A DNA stretch of 64,000 nt from Mobula hypostoma (lineage: Eukaryota), in contig NC_086108.1 of NCBI RefSeq assembly GCF_963921235.1, forward strand, positions 17,050,001 through 17,114,000, read 5' to 3'. Below the pieces are notes generated by a model, which made no database searches, was not told where the DNA came from, and was given only the letters and a program-made list of their open reading frames with translations. The position numbers and the translations under genes are program-made. Shown here in pieces: positions 1 to 12,081 of this stretch (the first letter of the stretch is position 1; every line of letters begins with the position of its first letter).

Positions 1-3000
1 CTGGGAAACCTCCACAGCTGATTTCCACAGGGAACAACCAAGCCTGCCATCCCTTGTCTTTACACTCCTGCACTAAGGGCTGGTACTTCAAGGCCTCTCT
101 GTCATGGGCCTTTTCCCATCCCTCCTCCCATGGCACAGTCAGCTCAACCAGAATTATTTTCCTGTCTTCAGTTGACCACAGTACAATGTCCGGGCGTAGG
201 GTTGTGTTGACCACATCCGGGAACTGCAGCCTCCTTCCCACATCGACCCTCATCTCCCAGGACCTGGTTGTTAGCAACAGATTGGTTTTGGTTGTTTGGT
301 TACGAAAGGCCTAGCTCCCTCTTTGATGAAGGTGATGGCCTTCCTCAAATCTGTGCCAGCCGTCCCTTCTTGCATCTCTCCCGCTCTAGTGTGTCAGCAA
401 GAGCCAGAAGCACCTTATCATGGCACCACCTATACCGTCCTTGAGTTAGAGGTGTTTTACACCTGGACAGTATATGAGCCAGTGTCCCCTTTTGACCACA
501 GAGCTTACAGTTTGGGTCCCCTCTCATCCCCCATGTGTACAGATGTAATGGCGAAGGAAGGGTGTCATACACGGATCGCAAGAGGAAGGAAATACGGAAG
601 GGCTCCAGTCTCCATAACTCTGCCCATGAGATCTTGCGCTTGGGCAGATCCCATTTTATCCAGGCACCCTGGGACCCTTGTTCCACTGCCTTTGACATCC
701 ACTTCTCTTCCTCACAGATCCGTACTTCTGCCTGTACCATGTCTTGTCTGTTCCTTGTCATTTCTTCACTGCTGGAAGTGAACTGAGTCGAGGCCTTGCC
801 GTCCGATGCAGGGGTTGCTGATGATATCTCGCAGCTTCAGAAAACACACTGCCTGCTCCACAGCTGCGCTGGCTGCCCACTTGCGCCCAGATCTGGTTGT
901 AACGCCTGCTTGCTTTACCAAGACATCATTGGAATCTCTCAAGCTTAATAAGGCTCTGCATTTTGCCACCTTGAATTCCTCCACAACAGATGACAGGGGA
1001 AGCTGCAGTTGCCCAGAACAAATGTAGAGGCCCACTGAAGAGAAGCTTGGGGGAACTCCCAACCATCTCTGCAGGTGCTTGTTGGTTTTTCTCTCGATGC
1101 CCTCTACGACAGTCATGGGGAACTCATAAAGTGTGAAGAGCCAGAGAAGCCTGGGCAGAAGGCCGTATTGGTACAGCCAGGTCTTGAATTTACCGGGAAG
1201 TCCGAATTTGTCGATCTTCTTCAGCCATTCATCTGTCTGCTTCACAGCATTGGTGACATTGGCCCCATCTGTCAATGACACATTAAACCACTTCCCCAAG
1301 CATTTTATCGGGTTATCTTCGATGGAAGGGATGACCTCACCCTGAACTTGGAGGCTAAACTTGCTAGTAACTTTGCCCTTTCTGGTCACCATACACTTGG
1401 ACTTCTTGGCCTTGAAGGCCATCCTCACCCAAGTGGCTACATTACCCAGGGTATCCAATACCCATCTTGCTTCGACATGTGACACAGTTGTTATAGTGAT
1501 GTCGTCCATGAACCCTCATAGAGCCGGCTGAACAATGCCTGACTCCAGCATCCAGCGGGTTACATCTTCTGCTGCTGATAATAGGAGGTTCATTCCCATA
1601 ATAAATAGGGTGGGGGAGATGGTGCACGCTGTTGGAATCCCCTTCTGGAGCTCCTGCCAACTAGTTGTGAAATGGGCTGATGTAAATCTGAGTTTGAATC
1701 CTCCTAGGTAGCTGGTGATTATGTCTCGAATAGCTGAGGATGTAGTAGTGGTCAAGTCCTTCTAGGATGAGGTCATGTGCAATAGACCCGGAGGCGTTCA
1801 CGAGGTCTAACCAGACAACTGTTAGGTCACCTTTTTTCTGCTTGGCCTCACGGATCAAATGACTAATCATTGAGGTGTGTTCCAGACACCCCGAAAAGCC
1901 TGGAATACTGCCTTTCTGGATGGATGTGTTGGTATAGCTGTCTGCGTCATGTAAGAAGTCAGCCTCCTTGCGAGCACAGAAAAGAAAAACTTACATTCCA
2001 CATCCAGGAGAGAAATTGTCCTAAACTGGGCAATTGTGGAAGAACCCTCTTCCTTTGGAATCAAGCATCCCTCTGCCAATTTCCAACTTGATGGAATAGT
2101 ACCTTTGGCCCAGATCTTTCTCTTTTTTTTTTGGCCCAGATCTTTCTCATGACCTTCCACAGCCTCCGAAGAAGTTTTGGGCATTTCTTATACACCTTAT
2201 AAGGTATGCCGCTTGGGCCTGGGGCAGCTGATGCTTTAGCTTTCCGGATGATATCCTGGATTTCCTGCCATGTAGGCTCCTTCACATTCAGCTCAATTGA
2301 TGTTTTTTCCAGTCTACACACAGCCCGATTGGTTCCTAGCCCCTGACCCCTCCGTGGGTCGCTGTGTGCCTCCCGCAGGAACTCCTCTACCTCTGGCTTC
2401 GAGCTGGATAGTATACCAGATTTTCATTGGCCGAGAAGAGTCCTGGTGAAACTGAACAGATCTCTCACAAACTGTGCTCGCCTTTTCTCTTTCTTCCTTC
2501 TCTGCTTTCGTAGATGTTCCACCCTCTGGAGTTTGCACAGCTTTCCCCGCAGCATACTGGTTAAGTCCTTGATACCTTCTTTTTCAGCCGGTGAGCTGGT
2601 TTTAAACCTCTTGTTGAGTGTCTTTAATTCGACTCTCAAGTGACGAACCTCCCTTTTCCTTCTATTTGGTTGCCTCGGTAACTCGGGCTGGCTTGTCCGC
2701 TGCATTGGGCCAAATTTGGCTAAGTTTGCTGCCGATACGAAGATAGGTGGAGGGGCCGGTAGTGCTGAGGAAATGGAGAGTCTGCAGAGAGGCTTAGATA
2801 GGTTGGAAGAATGGGCAGAGAAGTGGCAAATGAAGTACAATGTTGGAAAATGTATGGTTATGCACTTTGGCAGAAGAAATAAATGGGCAGACTATTATTT
2901 AAATGGGGAAAGAATTCAAAGTTCGGAGATGCAACGGGACTTGGGAGTCCTCGTACAGGATACCCTTAAAGTTAACCTCCAGGTTGAGTCAGTAGTGAAG

Positions 3001-3990
3001 AAGGCAAATGCAATGTTGGCATTCATTTCTAGAGGAATAGAGTATAGGAGCAGGGATGTGATGTTGAGGCTCTATAAGGCGCTGGTGAGACCTCACTTGG
3101 AGTACTGTGGGCAGTTTTGGTCTCTTTATTTAAGAAAGGATGTGCTGACGTTGGAGAGGGTACAGAGAAGATTCACTAGAATGATTCCAGAAATGAGAGG
3201 GTTAACATATGAGGAACGTTTGTCCGCTCTTGGACTGTATTCCTTGGAGTTTAGAAGAATGAGGGGAGACCTCATAGAAACATTTCGAATGTTGAAAGGC
3301 ATGGACAGAGTGGATGTGGCAAAGTTGTTTCCCATGATGGGGGAGTCTAGTACAAGAGGGCATGACTTAAGGATTGAAGGGCGCCCATTCAGAACAGAAA
3401 TGCGAAGAAATATTTTTAGTCAGAGGGTGGTGAATCTATGGGATTTGTTGCCACGGGCAGCAGTGGAGGCCAAGTCATTGGGTGTATTAAGGCAGAGATT
3501 GATAAGTATCTGAGTAGCCAGGGCATCAAAGGTTATGGTGAGAAGGCGGGAGAGTGGGACTAAATGGGAGAATGGATCAGCTCATGATAAAATGGCGGAG
3601 CAGACTCAATGGGCCGAATGGCCGACTTCTGCTCCTTTGTCTTATGGTCTAATCGTTCCTTAGCTAGATTGTACGCTACGGCTGTGAGTGAGTCGATCTT
3701 TCTGTGTACTGGACCTGCTAAGGCAACTTCCAGGATGCCGTCTAGATCATCATCGAACTGCATCCGGGCGATGTTGTCTGACGACCTAGGCCATTTGATC
3801 CTGTCTTTCCTTGACAAATGGGTTGGGGTAGCCGAAGAGGACTGGTCTGTTGCTTGGTGCTGAGGCAACTCAAGTGCGGAGAGATCTTCAGCTCTGTGGG
3901 GAGCTTCCTGGTTGAAACTCTCCTTCGTCTCACCGGCCACTAAGTCTGCGCGCTGCACTTGGGTCACCATTGATCCACATCTGGACCTGC
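1..3990 (-). mobile_element. HERO/NeSL-type (R2-superfamily, RLE endonuclease) non-LTR retrotransposon, degenerate; runs off the left edge; interrupted by a CR1
   Basis: Minus-strand ORF fragments give RT motifs (APGPSGIPY, FRTISLL, VWLDLVNA, MDDITI), a CCHC knuckle (CKLCGQKGTLAHILSRC) and an RLE motif read near 130-210 (TTLRPDIVLWS...ELTVPWE). Many frameshifts and stops. Confidence 0.9.
2716..3650 (+). mobile_element. CR1 LINE, 5'-truncated, inserted into the HERO element
   Basis: ORF 2716-3513 has KFAADTK, RPHLEYC and RGDLIE motifs, followed by a 3' tail ending cttatggtct. aat is duplicated at 2713-2715 and 3651-3653; excision restores the HERO frame AKERFGPMQRT. Confidence 0.92.
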
Positions 3991-5029
3991 TCTGATGTAC
4001 CACCATACCTACCTGCACTTCCATACCACCTTATCCACATGTACTGCCACCTTCAGGAACCTTTAGACAAACACTAAGATCTTTTTGTTCCTCAGCCCTA
4101 CCATTCATTGAGTGTATCCTGAGATCAAGTCAAATTTTGAACAACACAGGCATTGGTAATAATGGATCACAAGTTTCCAGCTATGCCAGAATGTCTGGGT
4201 ATTTTTAATACTTCATTTTATCTTCTATTTTTGTTTACAAAATCCTGTGGATTTTTTTCCATCAGGTTTTCAGAGTTCTAAGAGGAGTTTAATTATTAAG
4301 AAAAGTAACTGGCATTTGGAGTTTCAGATCTCCTTAATCTCATAACTTGAGTATGGAGCATTAAACTATCAACGTGAGTTTTTGTTTCGTTAAAACATAA
4401 TTTGTTTCGTTTTGACTAATCTTATTAGAAACAATTAAAGGTTATCTCATTATAGTTACCTAATTATTTCTTAAATGAGTCTAAGATGGTGATTTCGGAT
4501 TCATTAACTTCTTCAGGCACCTTAACTTTATAAAACAATAAAAATTCATTTAATGTAGTGTAGGACAAAATGTGGAGCTTGCCACTGCCCCAGCCATCAA
4601 CACACTCATTCTTCTCTTGTTACAGGTCTATGTTTTGTGAGCCACAATGTTGTAAATTCCTGGTCATTTCCTTTTGAAAGTGTGCAGATTAGAATTGTTT
4701 GTTTTCCTGATTGCTTCTTTACTTTGGCAGTTAACATGTTGGTGGCTGTCTCTCACTTCACTCTTAGCTAATTGATGACATTCTGAGTTTGATTGGACAA
4801 AGCACGGAAATTATATTCACTTTTGGGAGAGATCATCGCTAGAGACCATGAGTCCAAGGAGGTGAGAAATGAATGAATAGAAAATTGAGCAGAAATATCT
4901 TTATCCAGTGTGAGGCGCTGAAATATGGAACTTGCTACCATAATGGAGTCAATTAGTCAAACAGCAAAGATGTATTTTAAGAGAAGTTAGATAATCAAGA
5001 TAAAGAAAATGCTAAATGAAGAATTGGAA

Positions 5030-7095
5030 GTAGATTTGTCACGTATACCGGTATCTCAATACAGTGAAAAGTTTGTCTTATGTTACTGTTCATACCGATC
5101 AGATCATTACATAGTGCATTGAGGTAGAAAAATGTACAATAATAACAATGTAATAATAACAAGTGTAACAGTTACAGAGAAAGTGCAGTGCAGATGAGGT
5201 GCGAGATCATGTCAAGGTAGATTGTGAGGTCAAGAGTCCAACTATCATATGAGGAACTGTAAGAAGTATAGGCAGAGTCCATTTTCTGTGCTGAGCTGAG
5301 CTGTGTCCACAACTCTACTAAGCTGTGATGCATGCATATAGGATTGGTAAAATTTGGTTAGGCCCAACGGGAATATGCCAAATTTCTTTAGTTTTCTGAG
5401 CAAATATCGTATTGGTGAGCTTTCTTGGGCTGTATAGGCCGATCCCCTGTATAGTGGGTACAATGGATTACAGAAACATTAGTGAACTCCAACCATACCA
5501 TCGGCTTTGTCATCGAGTGAGCACATGACACAGTGCAGGGCAGGTCATCAGGATCTTGCACAGCTGACTAACTCTTTGGTGATCAAAGCCCACATCTACC
5601 TAGAATGTGAGAATCATGTACCAAGCTGGAAAATCCACCATCATAGAAAAAATGCAGATTTTCATCAACCAGTGGCTGAGGAGGATCCTAAACATCAGCT
5701 GGACTGACAAAGTATCTAGCCAGACACTGTGGGAAAATGACAACAAGGAATCCATAGAGATACAAATAAGCATACGGAAATAAAGGTGAATTGGCCACAC
5801 CTTCAGGAAGCCAACCAACAACATCACTAGGCAAGCATTAAAACGGAATCCACAAGGAAAGAGGAAAGATGGACATCCAAAGAACACATGGAGGAGAGAC
5901 ATTGAGGCTGATAATAGATAATGGGACACTCCTGGTCCGCCCTCAGAAAGTGGCTCAAACAGAGGATGATGAAGATGGGTGGTTATCGATGGCTCTTGCT
6001 CCACTGAGAACTAAGGGCTTAAGAAGAAGAGCTTTCTTGGCATTTCATCTATGCGGTTGGATCAGGTGATGTTCAGAGCTAGGAACTTGAAAATCTCAAT
6101 CATCTCAACCTCAACACCATTGATATAGGAACATGTGCAACCACTGCCCTCCACCCTTTCCTGAAGTCAATAACTGCTCTTTTGTTTTGTTCCTTTTGAG
6201 GAAAAGATTGTTGTCTTGATACTGTGGCACAAAACTCTCCCTCTCCTTATACTCCTAATCATCATTATTTGTGGCCTGCTACTGTGGTATTATTTGCAAA
6301 CTTGCAGACAGAGTTAGAGTGGAATTGGATCACACAGTCAGGCGAGTACAGGGAGTAGAGAAGCGGGCTGAGGACGTAATCTTGTGGAATATGTGTTCAA
6401 AATAATTGTGGCAGAGGTGTTGCTGCATACCCTTACTAATTGCAGTCTGTTGGTAAGAAAGTCAAGAATCCAGTTACAAAGAGAGATGGATGGTGATGAG
6501 TTTACTTGTGTTGAAGGTGGAGCTGTATTCAATAAACACTGGTCTGTCAGAGATGTCTTTATAATCAAGATAGTCCAGAGGTGAGTGTAGGGCCAGGAAG
6601 ATGGCCTCCACTGTAGACCTGTATCACTGGTAGATGAATTGCAGTGGGTTCAGTTGTCTGGAATGCAGGGCCATGACCTGTCTCTCGAAACACTTAATGA
6701 TGGTAGATTGCAGAGCCACTGGGTAGTAGTCATTAAGGCACATTATCTTGTTTTTCTTAGATGATGTTGCCTTCTTAGAGCAGGTTGGAACCACAGATTA
6801 AAGCAGGAAGAGGTTAAAAATGTCTGAAAATACTCTTGTCAGTTGATTTACACAGGATCTAAGGACACAGTCAGGGACACATCCATGCCAAATTATTTCC
6901 ACAGTTTCACTCTCTGGAAGATTGTTCTTAGATCTGTAGTGGTGTCTGAGGGTTCAGGTGCACCGGTTGTTGACATTTCCTTTGGTTCAGAACATGCATA
7001 GGATGTATTAAGCTCATCAGGAAGGGATTTACTGTTGCTGTCGATGCTGCCTGATTTGGTTTTGTAGCCTGATTATAGTATGTAAGCCTTGCCAT
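5030..7095 (-). mobile_element. Rex1/Babar-type LINE, heavily decayed, interrupted by an RTE fragment
   Basis: Minus-strand remnants LRKLKKFG and SLCNWILDFLTNR, the same family as the elements at 9.2, 16.9, 30.5 and 61 kb. Confidence 0.7.
5429..6028 (+). mobile_element. RTE-clade LINE 3' fragment
   Basis: Decayed LRRILNISWTDKVS...IGHT.RKP...ALK.NPQGKRK motif and an (aag)n tail. 12-bp TSD gagctttcttgg at 5417-5428 and 6029-6040. Confidence 0.85.
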
Positions 7096-7189
7096 GGAAT
7101 TGAAAGAAAAACAGAAAATGCAGGAAAATTAAGGTCGTGGGGCACCTGAAGAGACTTAAGTTGATGAATTTTATTAGAATTGGGAAAAT

Positions 7190-7485
7190 TTTTGGATTGA
7201 CTTTATTTCTTGCATCCCTCACATACATGAGGAGTCAAAATCTTTACGTTATGTCCCTGTCTAAATGTGCAATGTGCAATCATAGTAATTTATAATAAGT
7301 AGAACAGTCAATGTAACATAAAAACTACACTCAAATCTGTGTGAGTTAATCAGTGAGTTTCTGGTAGAAGAAGCTGTCCCAGAGCCTGTTGGTCCAGGTT
7401 TTTATGCTGCAGTACCGTTTCCCTGATGGTAGCAGCTGGAACAGTTTGTGGTTGGGGTGACTCGGGTTCCCAATGATCCCTTTTT
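7190..7485 (-). mobile_element. Rex1/Babar-type LINE 3' end fragment
   Basis: Reverse complement of the 3' part of the element at 9246-9965. Confidence 0.7.
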
Positions 7486-7806
7486 AGAGATAAAATAAAT
7501 TTAACATTTAGGGAATAGGCAGCAAGGATGGTATAGAGGGAAACATTTGTGAGAGGGTAGAGGGTAGGATGATTAAAGGATGATAGTCGAGAATTTAAAA
7601 GAGTGTTGGTCTAGGGGAAGTTTAAAAGAGAAAAGAAAAATAATTGTTCAAGAATACCAGAAAGCTAGAATTGTGAAATGGAGAAATGTTGATTGTCTAA
7701 TACTATTGAAAACAACATTGAGTTTAGAAGGCTGTAATGCACCTGGTTGGAAATAAGATTTTGTACCTTGAGTATATTAAAGCAGTATTGGTATCTCAGG
7801 CAAGAC

Positions 7807-8519
7807 TGTAAGGGGTTTCTTCTCTTATGTTATCGCATAGTCTAATTAAAATGGCTGCTTTGTTATGTTATAATTGAAATGGCTTCTTTGTTATGTTAAC
7901 TGCTGAGGAAGTCCTCCCACTAGCAGTTTGTTTGGATTATGTTGCAGATAAGAGGATGAACAAACCAACTGGAATAGATGTTCTTCTTTCTGTGTGTCTG
8001 TAAGTTACTGTGATGCGTGGGTTTTTGGGGAAAAGCCGGGAGAGAGAGAGAGACAGAGGATGGACCAGGTGCTGTGAGTCCGCTAATGGGGTCGGACCCC
8101 GAGCAGGAGTCCGAGGTCCAGGGTGTTCGGCGAGGAGAGGAGACAGAGACGGACTCACGTGGAGCGTCTGGTTGACCACCGTTGTTGGTCCCAGGCGGCA
8201 GGTGGAGGTGGTCTGAGAGGAAACACAGGTTGAAGAAGGTGGGTCCTGAGCTCCAACTGATTGTGCACGAAGAGATTGAACTTTGATAAGTGTAGTGCCT
8301 TTTATTTTCCTTTTATATTTTATTATCAATTATATAGTTCCAGTATTATCTATAAACTGCAACTCATTTAATCGTATTTGGTGTATTGGGTGTTATTTGG
8401 GCGTGGTGGGGTACATCACACAGCATCCACACAAACTATTACCCAGTTTGGCGGGGCTGAGGGCTGATTCCCTAGACGACAGCGAGCTGAGCAATCCTGA
8501 GGCTGGCCGGGGGGCTACA
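7807..8519. mobile_element. Solo LTR (probably Gypsy-like)
   Basis: TGTA...TACA termini and a 4-bp TSD agac (7803-7806, 8520-8523). The 5' part is similar to the LTR at 20076. Confidence 0.85.
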
Positions 8520-9245
8520 AGACAAAATACTTAGAGTAGAAGAATGAAAAATGAAGTCATGGCAACTGAAAGCTCAGGCGCATGTTTGTGGGTTAAACAG
8601 CTATTGTTAAATTTTTAAATGACAGTGCAAAACAGGTTTGTAAGAGAAAGATTTTTTTATTTATTCAATTATCATGACAGTTGCATAATACATGTTAAAC
8701 CAAGCAGGTACACAATCCAAGCAATCACAGCCTTAAAAAAAACAAATTGAACTGAATGCTGGTGTTAGTATACTTGTGTGTCCCCCACGGCTTTTAGTTT
8801 GGCCTGGTATGGAGAGGGAGAGAGAGAGAGAGTGAGAAAAGTTGGAGATGTGCCTTCTGTTACACATAATTCTTCTAACCAATGTTAATTGTAAGGTTTA
8901 AAAACAACATTGTTGGATTCCAATGGGTTGTTTCACTTTCAGTGGTTTCTGTTTTATTCTGCAAAACACACAAAATGCTGGAGGAACTCAGCAGGTAAGG
9001 CAGCGAAAGGGAAAGTAACTGTTGATGTTTTGTGTCAATAGCCTTCATATTGATCTGAAACATCAACTGTGTATTTTTCCCCTTCCATTGGTTAACGTGA
9101 TCCATGGTGTAGGTGTCCAGTGTGTAAGGGGTCCATGCACACTGTACAAAGTCTCAGACAGGATCCACTGGCAAGTATGTTTCCCTCAGGAGTATACAAT
9201 TTTATGATGACGAATAAGATATTCCGATGTGAGTCCTCAGCACTA

Positions 9246-9965
9246 AATTCATACTTTACCTCTCCCTCAATGTCGCAAAAACAAAGGAGCTGGAGGAATG
9301 GAGACAGGCTGACCCCTATTGATGTCAATGGATCTGGGGTTGAGAGGGTAAACAACTTTAAGTTCCTCGGCATCCACATCACCAAGGACTTCACGTGGTC
9401 TGTATACACCAGCTGTGTGGTGAAAAAGGCACAGCAGTGCCTCTTTCACCTCAGACAGTTGAGGAAGTTTGGGATGGGCCCCCAAATCTTTCTACAGGGG
9501 CATAATTGAGAGCATCCTGACTGGCTGCATTACTGCCTGGTATGGGAACTGTACCTCACTTAATTGCAGGATTCGGCAGAGAGTGGTGTGGACAGCCCAG
9601 TGCATCTGTAGTTGTGAACTTCCAAATATTCAGAACGTTTACAAAGACAGTTGTGAAAAAAGGGCCTGAAGGATTACTGGCGATCTAAGTTACCCCAACC
9701 ACAATCTATTCCAGCTGCTACCATATGGAAAACGGTACCGCAGCATAAAAGCCAGGATCAACAGGCTCCAGGACAACTTCTTCCACCAGGCTATCAGACT
9801 GATTAACTCATGCAGATCTGAGTGTATTTCTATGTTACATTGACTGTTCTATTTATTATAAATTACTATGATTGCACATTGCACATTTAGACAGAGACGT
9901 AATGCGATCTTTACTCTTCATGTATGTGAAGGATGTAAGAAATAAGAGTCAGTTCAATTCAATTA
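9246..9965 (+). mobile_element. Rex1/Babar-type LINE 3' fragment
   Basis: FKFLGIHIT...KKAQQCLFHLRQLRKFG and IESILTGCITAWYG motifs, with a ttcaa-repeat tail. Confidence 0.85.
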
Positions 9966-10039
9966 TTACCTCCCCAGTCATTTTCTTCACCTCAGTTCAC
10001 ACATTGATAATGCCTTTACTTACAACACTCACATAAAAG

Positions 10040-10400
10040 CTGTTTCTAGCCTTGATCATCCTCATCTCCTTTTTCTTTCTCTCTCCTTCTTTTACTCACT
10101 GTGACATTCCACCGCCTGTATCCCTCTATATCTCTATCAGTTTCTCTCTCCTGTTATCTCTCCTTTCTTTCTATCAGTGTCTACCTTCTCCTCTTTCTAT
10201 TTCTGGGGGATATGCTTCTTCTTCCTCGCTTATCATGTTTCTCCAACTACTTTCCTGTATCACTTCTCTATCTCACTCTTCATATGCCTCTCTCCCTCTC
10301 AACATGGTTCTTCCACAAACTGCCTTCACCTCTCCCTCCTCCTTTGTATCCCCAATTTTTCCCACTTTCTCTCTCCTCCCTCCCCATACTGAACCAAACT
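10040..10400. repeat. CT-rich low-complexity tract
   Basis: Strong pyrimidine bias on the + strand; the ORFs here are compositional artefacts. Confidence 0.7.
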
Positions 10401-10686
10401 AAAACCAATGGATGAACCATGAGACTTCTAGTCTGCTGAGGGCTACATCTGTGGCATTCAAAACCTGTGATCAAGAACTATACAAGAAGTCCAGGTACAA
10501 CCTACAGAAGGCTATTTTAAGAGTGAAAAGAAAATTCCAATTGAAGTTAGAGATGGAGTTGGATGCGTGTCAGTTCTGACTGGGTTTGCCATGGCCTTGC
10601 TTCCTACAACGTGAACCTAACATCGTGAAGATCTGTGATGCTTCACTCCCAGATAAGCTCAACACCTTTTATGCACACTTTGAAAA

Positions 10687-11140
10687 TTATCCTGGTGGAG
10701 CTCACAGTACCAAGGGAGGAAGGATGTGAAAGGAGGAAAGCACTGGAGTACTAGTCCTTAGTCCAGGAGTGCAGGGATAAAAGATGGCAGAGGTGGCTAT
10801 TCCCCGTGGAGATTGGCTGTAGAGGATTCCTTGCAAGGTCAGTATGGAGGTTGTTGTTTGTGCTGGGAAATTGATGAAAAGAGCAAAAACCAAGCAGCTG
10901 GCAAGATGGGGAGAGGAGGCAGAAAGATCATCTTGCTGGATACGGAGCAGGTGAGAGGAGTTGAGCTGGAATTCAGAGGCAGATGGGCAGTGACTTGGCC
11001 ACCACTGCTGATCCACCTACTGGAGAGTGTAGCGGTTAAGCGTCAAAACACTCTTTGAAGGTTGGGCATCTGACGACATCTGCTCCTGGCCGAAGGCTAC
11101 GATCACCTCATCAGGTAACTGAAGAGAGCACTCCGGTGAA
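10687..11140 (+). mobile_element. HERO-type element 3' fragment (RLE C-terminus and 3' UTR)
   Basis: Reads IILVELTVP...WLFPVEIGCRGFLARSV; near-identical to 15212-15600 from 10747 onward. Confidence 0.8.
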
Positions 11141-12081
11141 TGATGGAAGCTTATTGTAGATATAGTTTTTGTTATTATGGATTGCAATGTACTGCTGTTG
11201 CAAGACAACAAATTTTGTGACAATGGGTACTTATAGATGGATGAAGCCCATGTGAATGGATACAACTTGGATTTAATAATTAATGCAGCAAGTGTACAAT
11301 TTTCCATTCGATGTGATCCTTATCCATTCTTTTATAATGTTTAACAGGATGTTTCTTTGATGAGATTAATACACTCTCTTGAGAGCAGTCTAGGCTACCA
11401 CGTCATGATTGCATATTGAATTATCTAGGCTACTTTTATGGAGTCTGTTACCAGAAAATGTTCACTGCTGCCAGTAACAGTCTGCTGTAATTAGTCTCTT
11501 TAAAACATTTTCTGAATTAATGTCCCCACCAATAATGAATTAAAATCTTTAAAGTCTATTTACTGTAGAGATAACTTATTTTCAAAAATTGTATAGAAGG
11601 AGTACAACATAAGAGCCATCAGCCACTGGATCAAGAATCCTTTGTACATGTGAGGATCTTTTTCAGGATGCCATCACACTTCAAGATGGCAAATGTCACA
11701 AGGGCAGGTTGTTTTTCATACCTTGCAGTTGCAAAATTCTATTGGTTTGAAATTATTGTTTGGAGAAGACTCATTGAGGTGCAGAGATATATATATGTTT
11801 GAAGCACATTATTGCAGAATTACATGTACTCTTTACTTCACAGAGGCTTTGTAGAGCATTTAGATAAGAGTATGACCATCAAAGTATGATGTTAGGATTA
11901 TAATTGTATGGATGCTTCATTCTTAAACATTTTGTTTTAGGAGCAATGCTTTAAGCCTAGACCTTTGAAAGAAACATTTTAAAGCCTAAATTGTTGGTAT
12001 GTTTGTTGATAAACCTTTAAAACTTTTCAATCTGCCAGGTCTCTTGCCAAGTCTCGTCAATATCCAATCTCTTCAATGACA

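Noticed and set aside
4600..4760. Possible exon after ttctcttgttacag| (a similar acceptor lies at ~16778)
   Set aside because: No convincing open frame plus donor and no recognisable protein; an acceptor-like tract alone is not enough.
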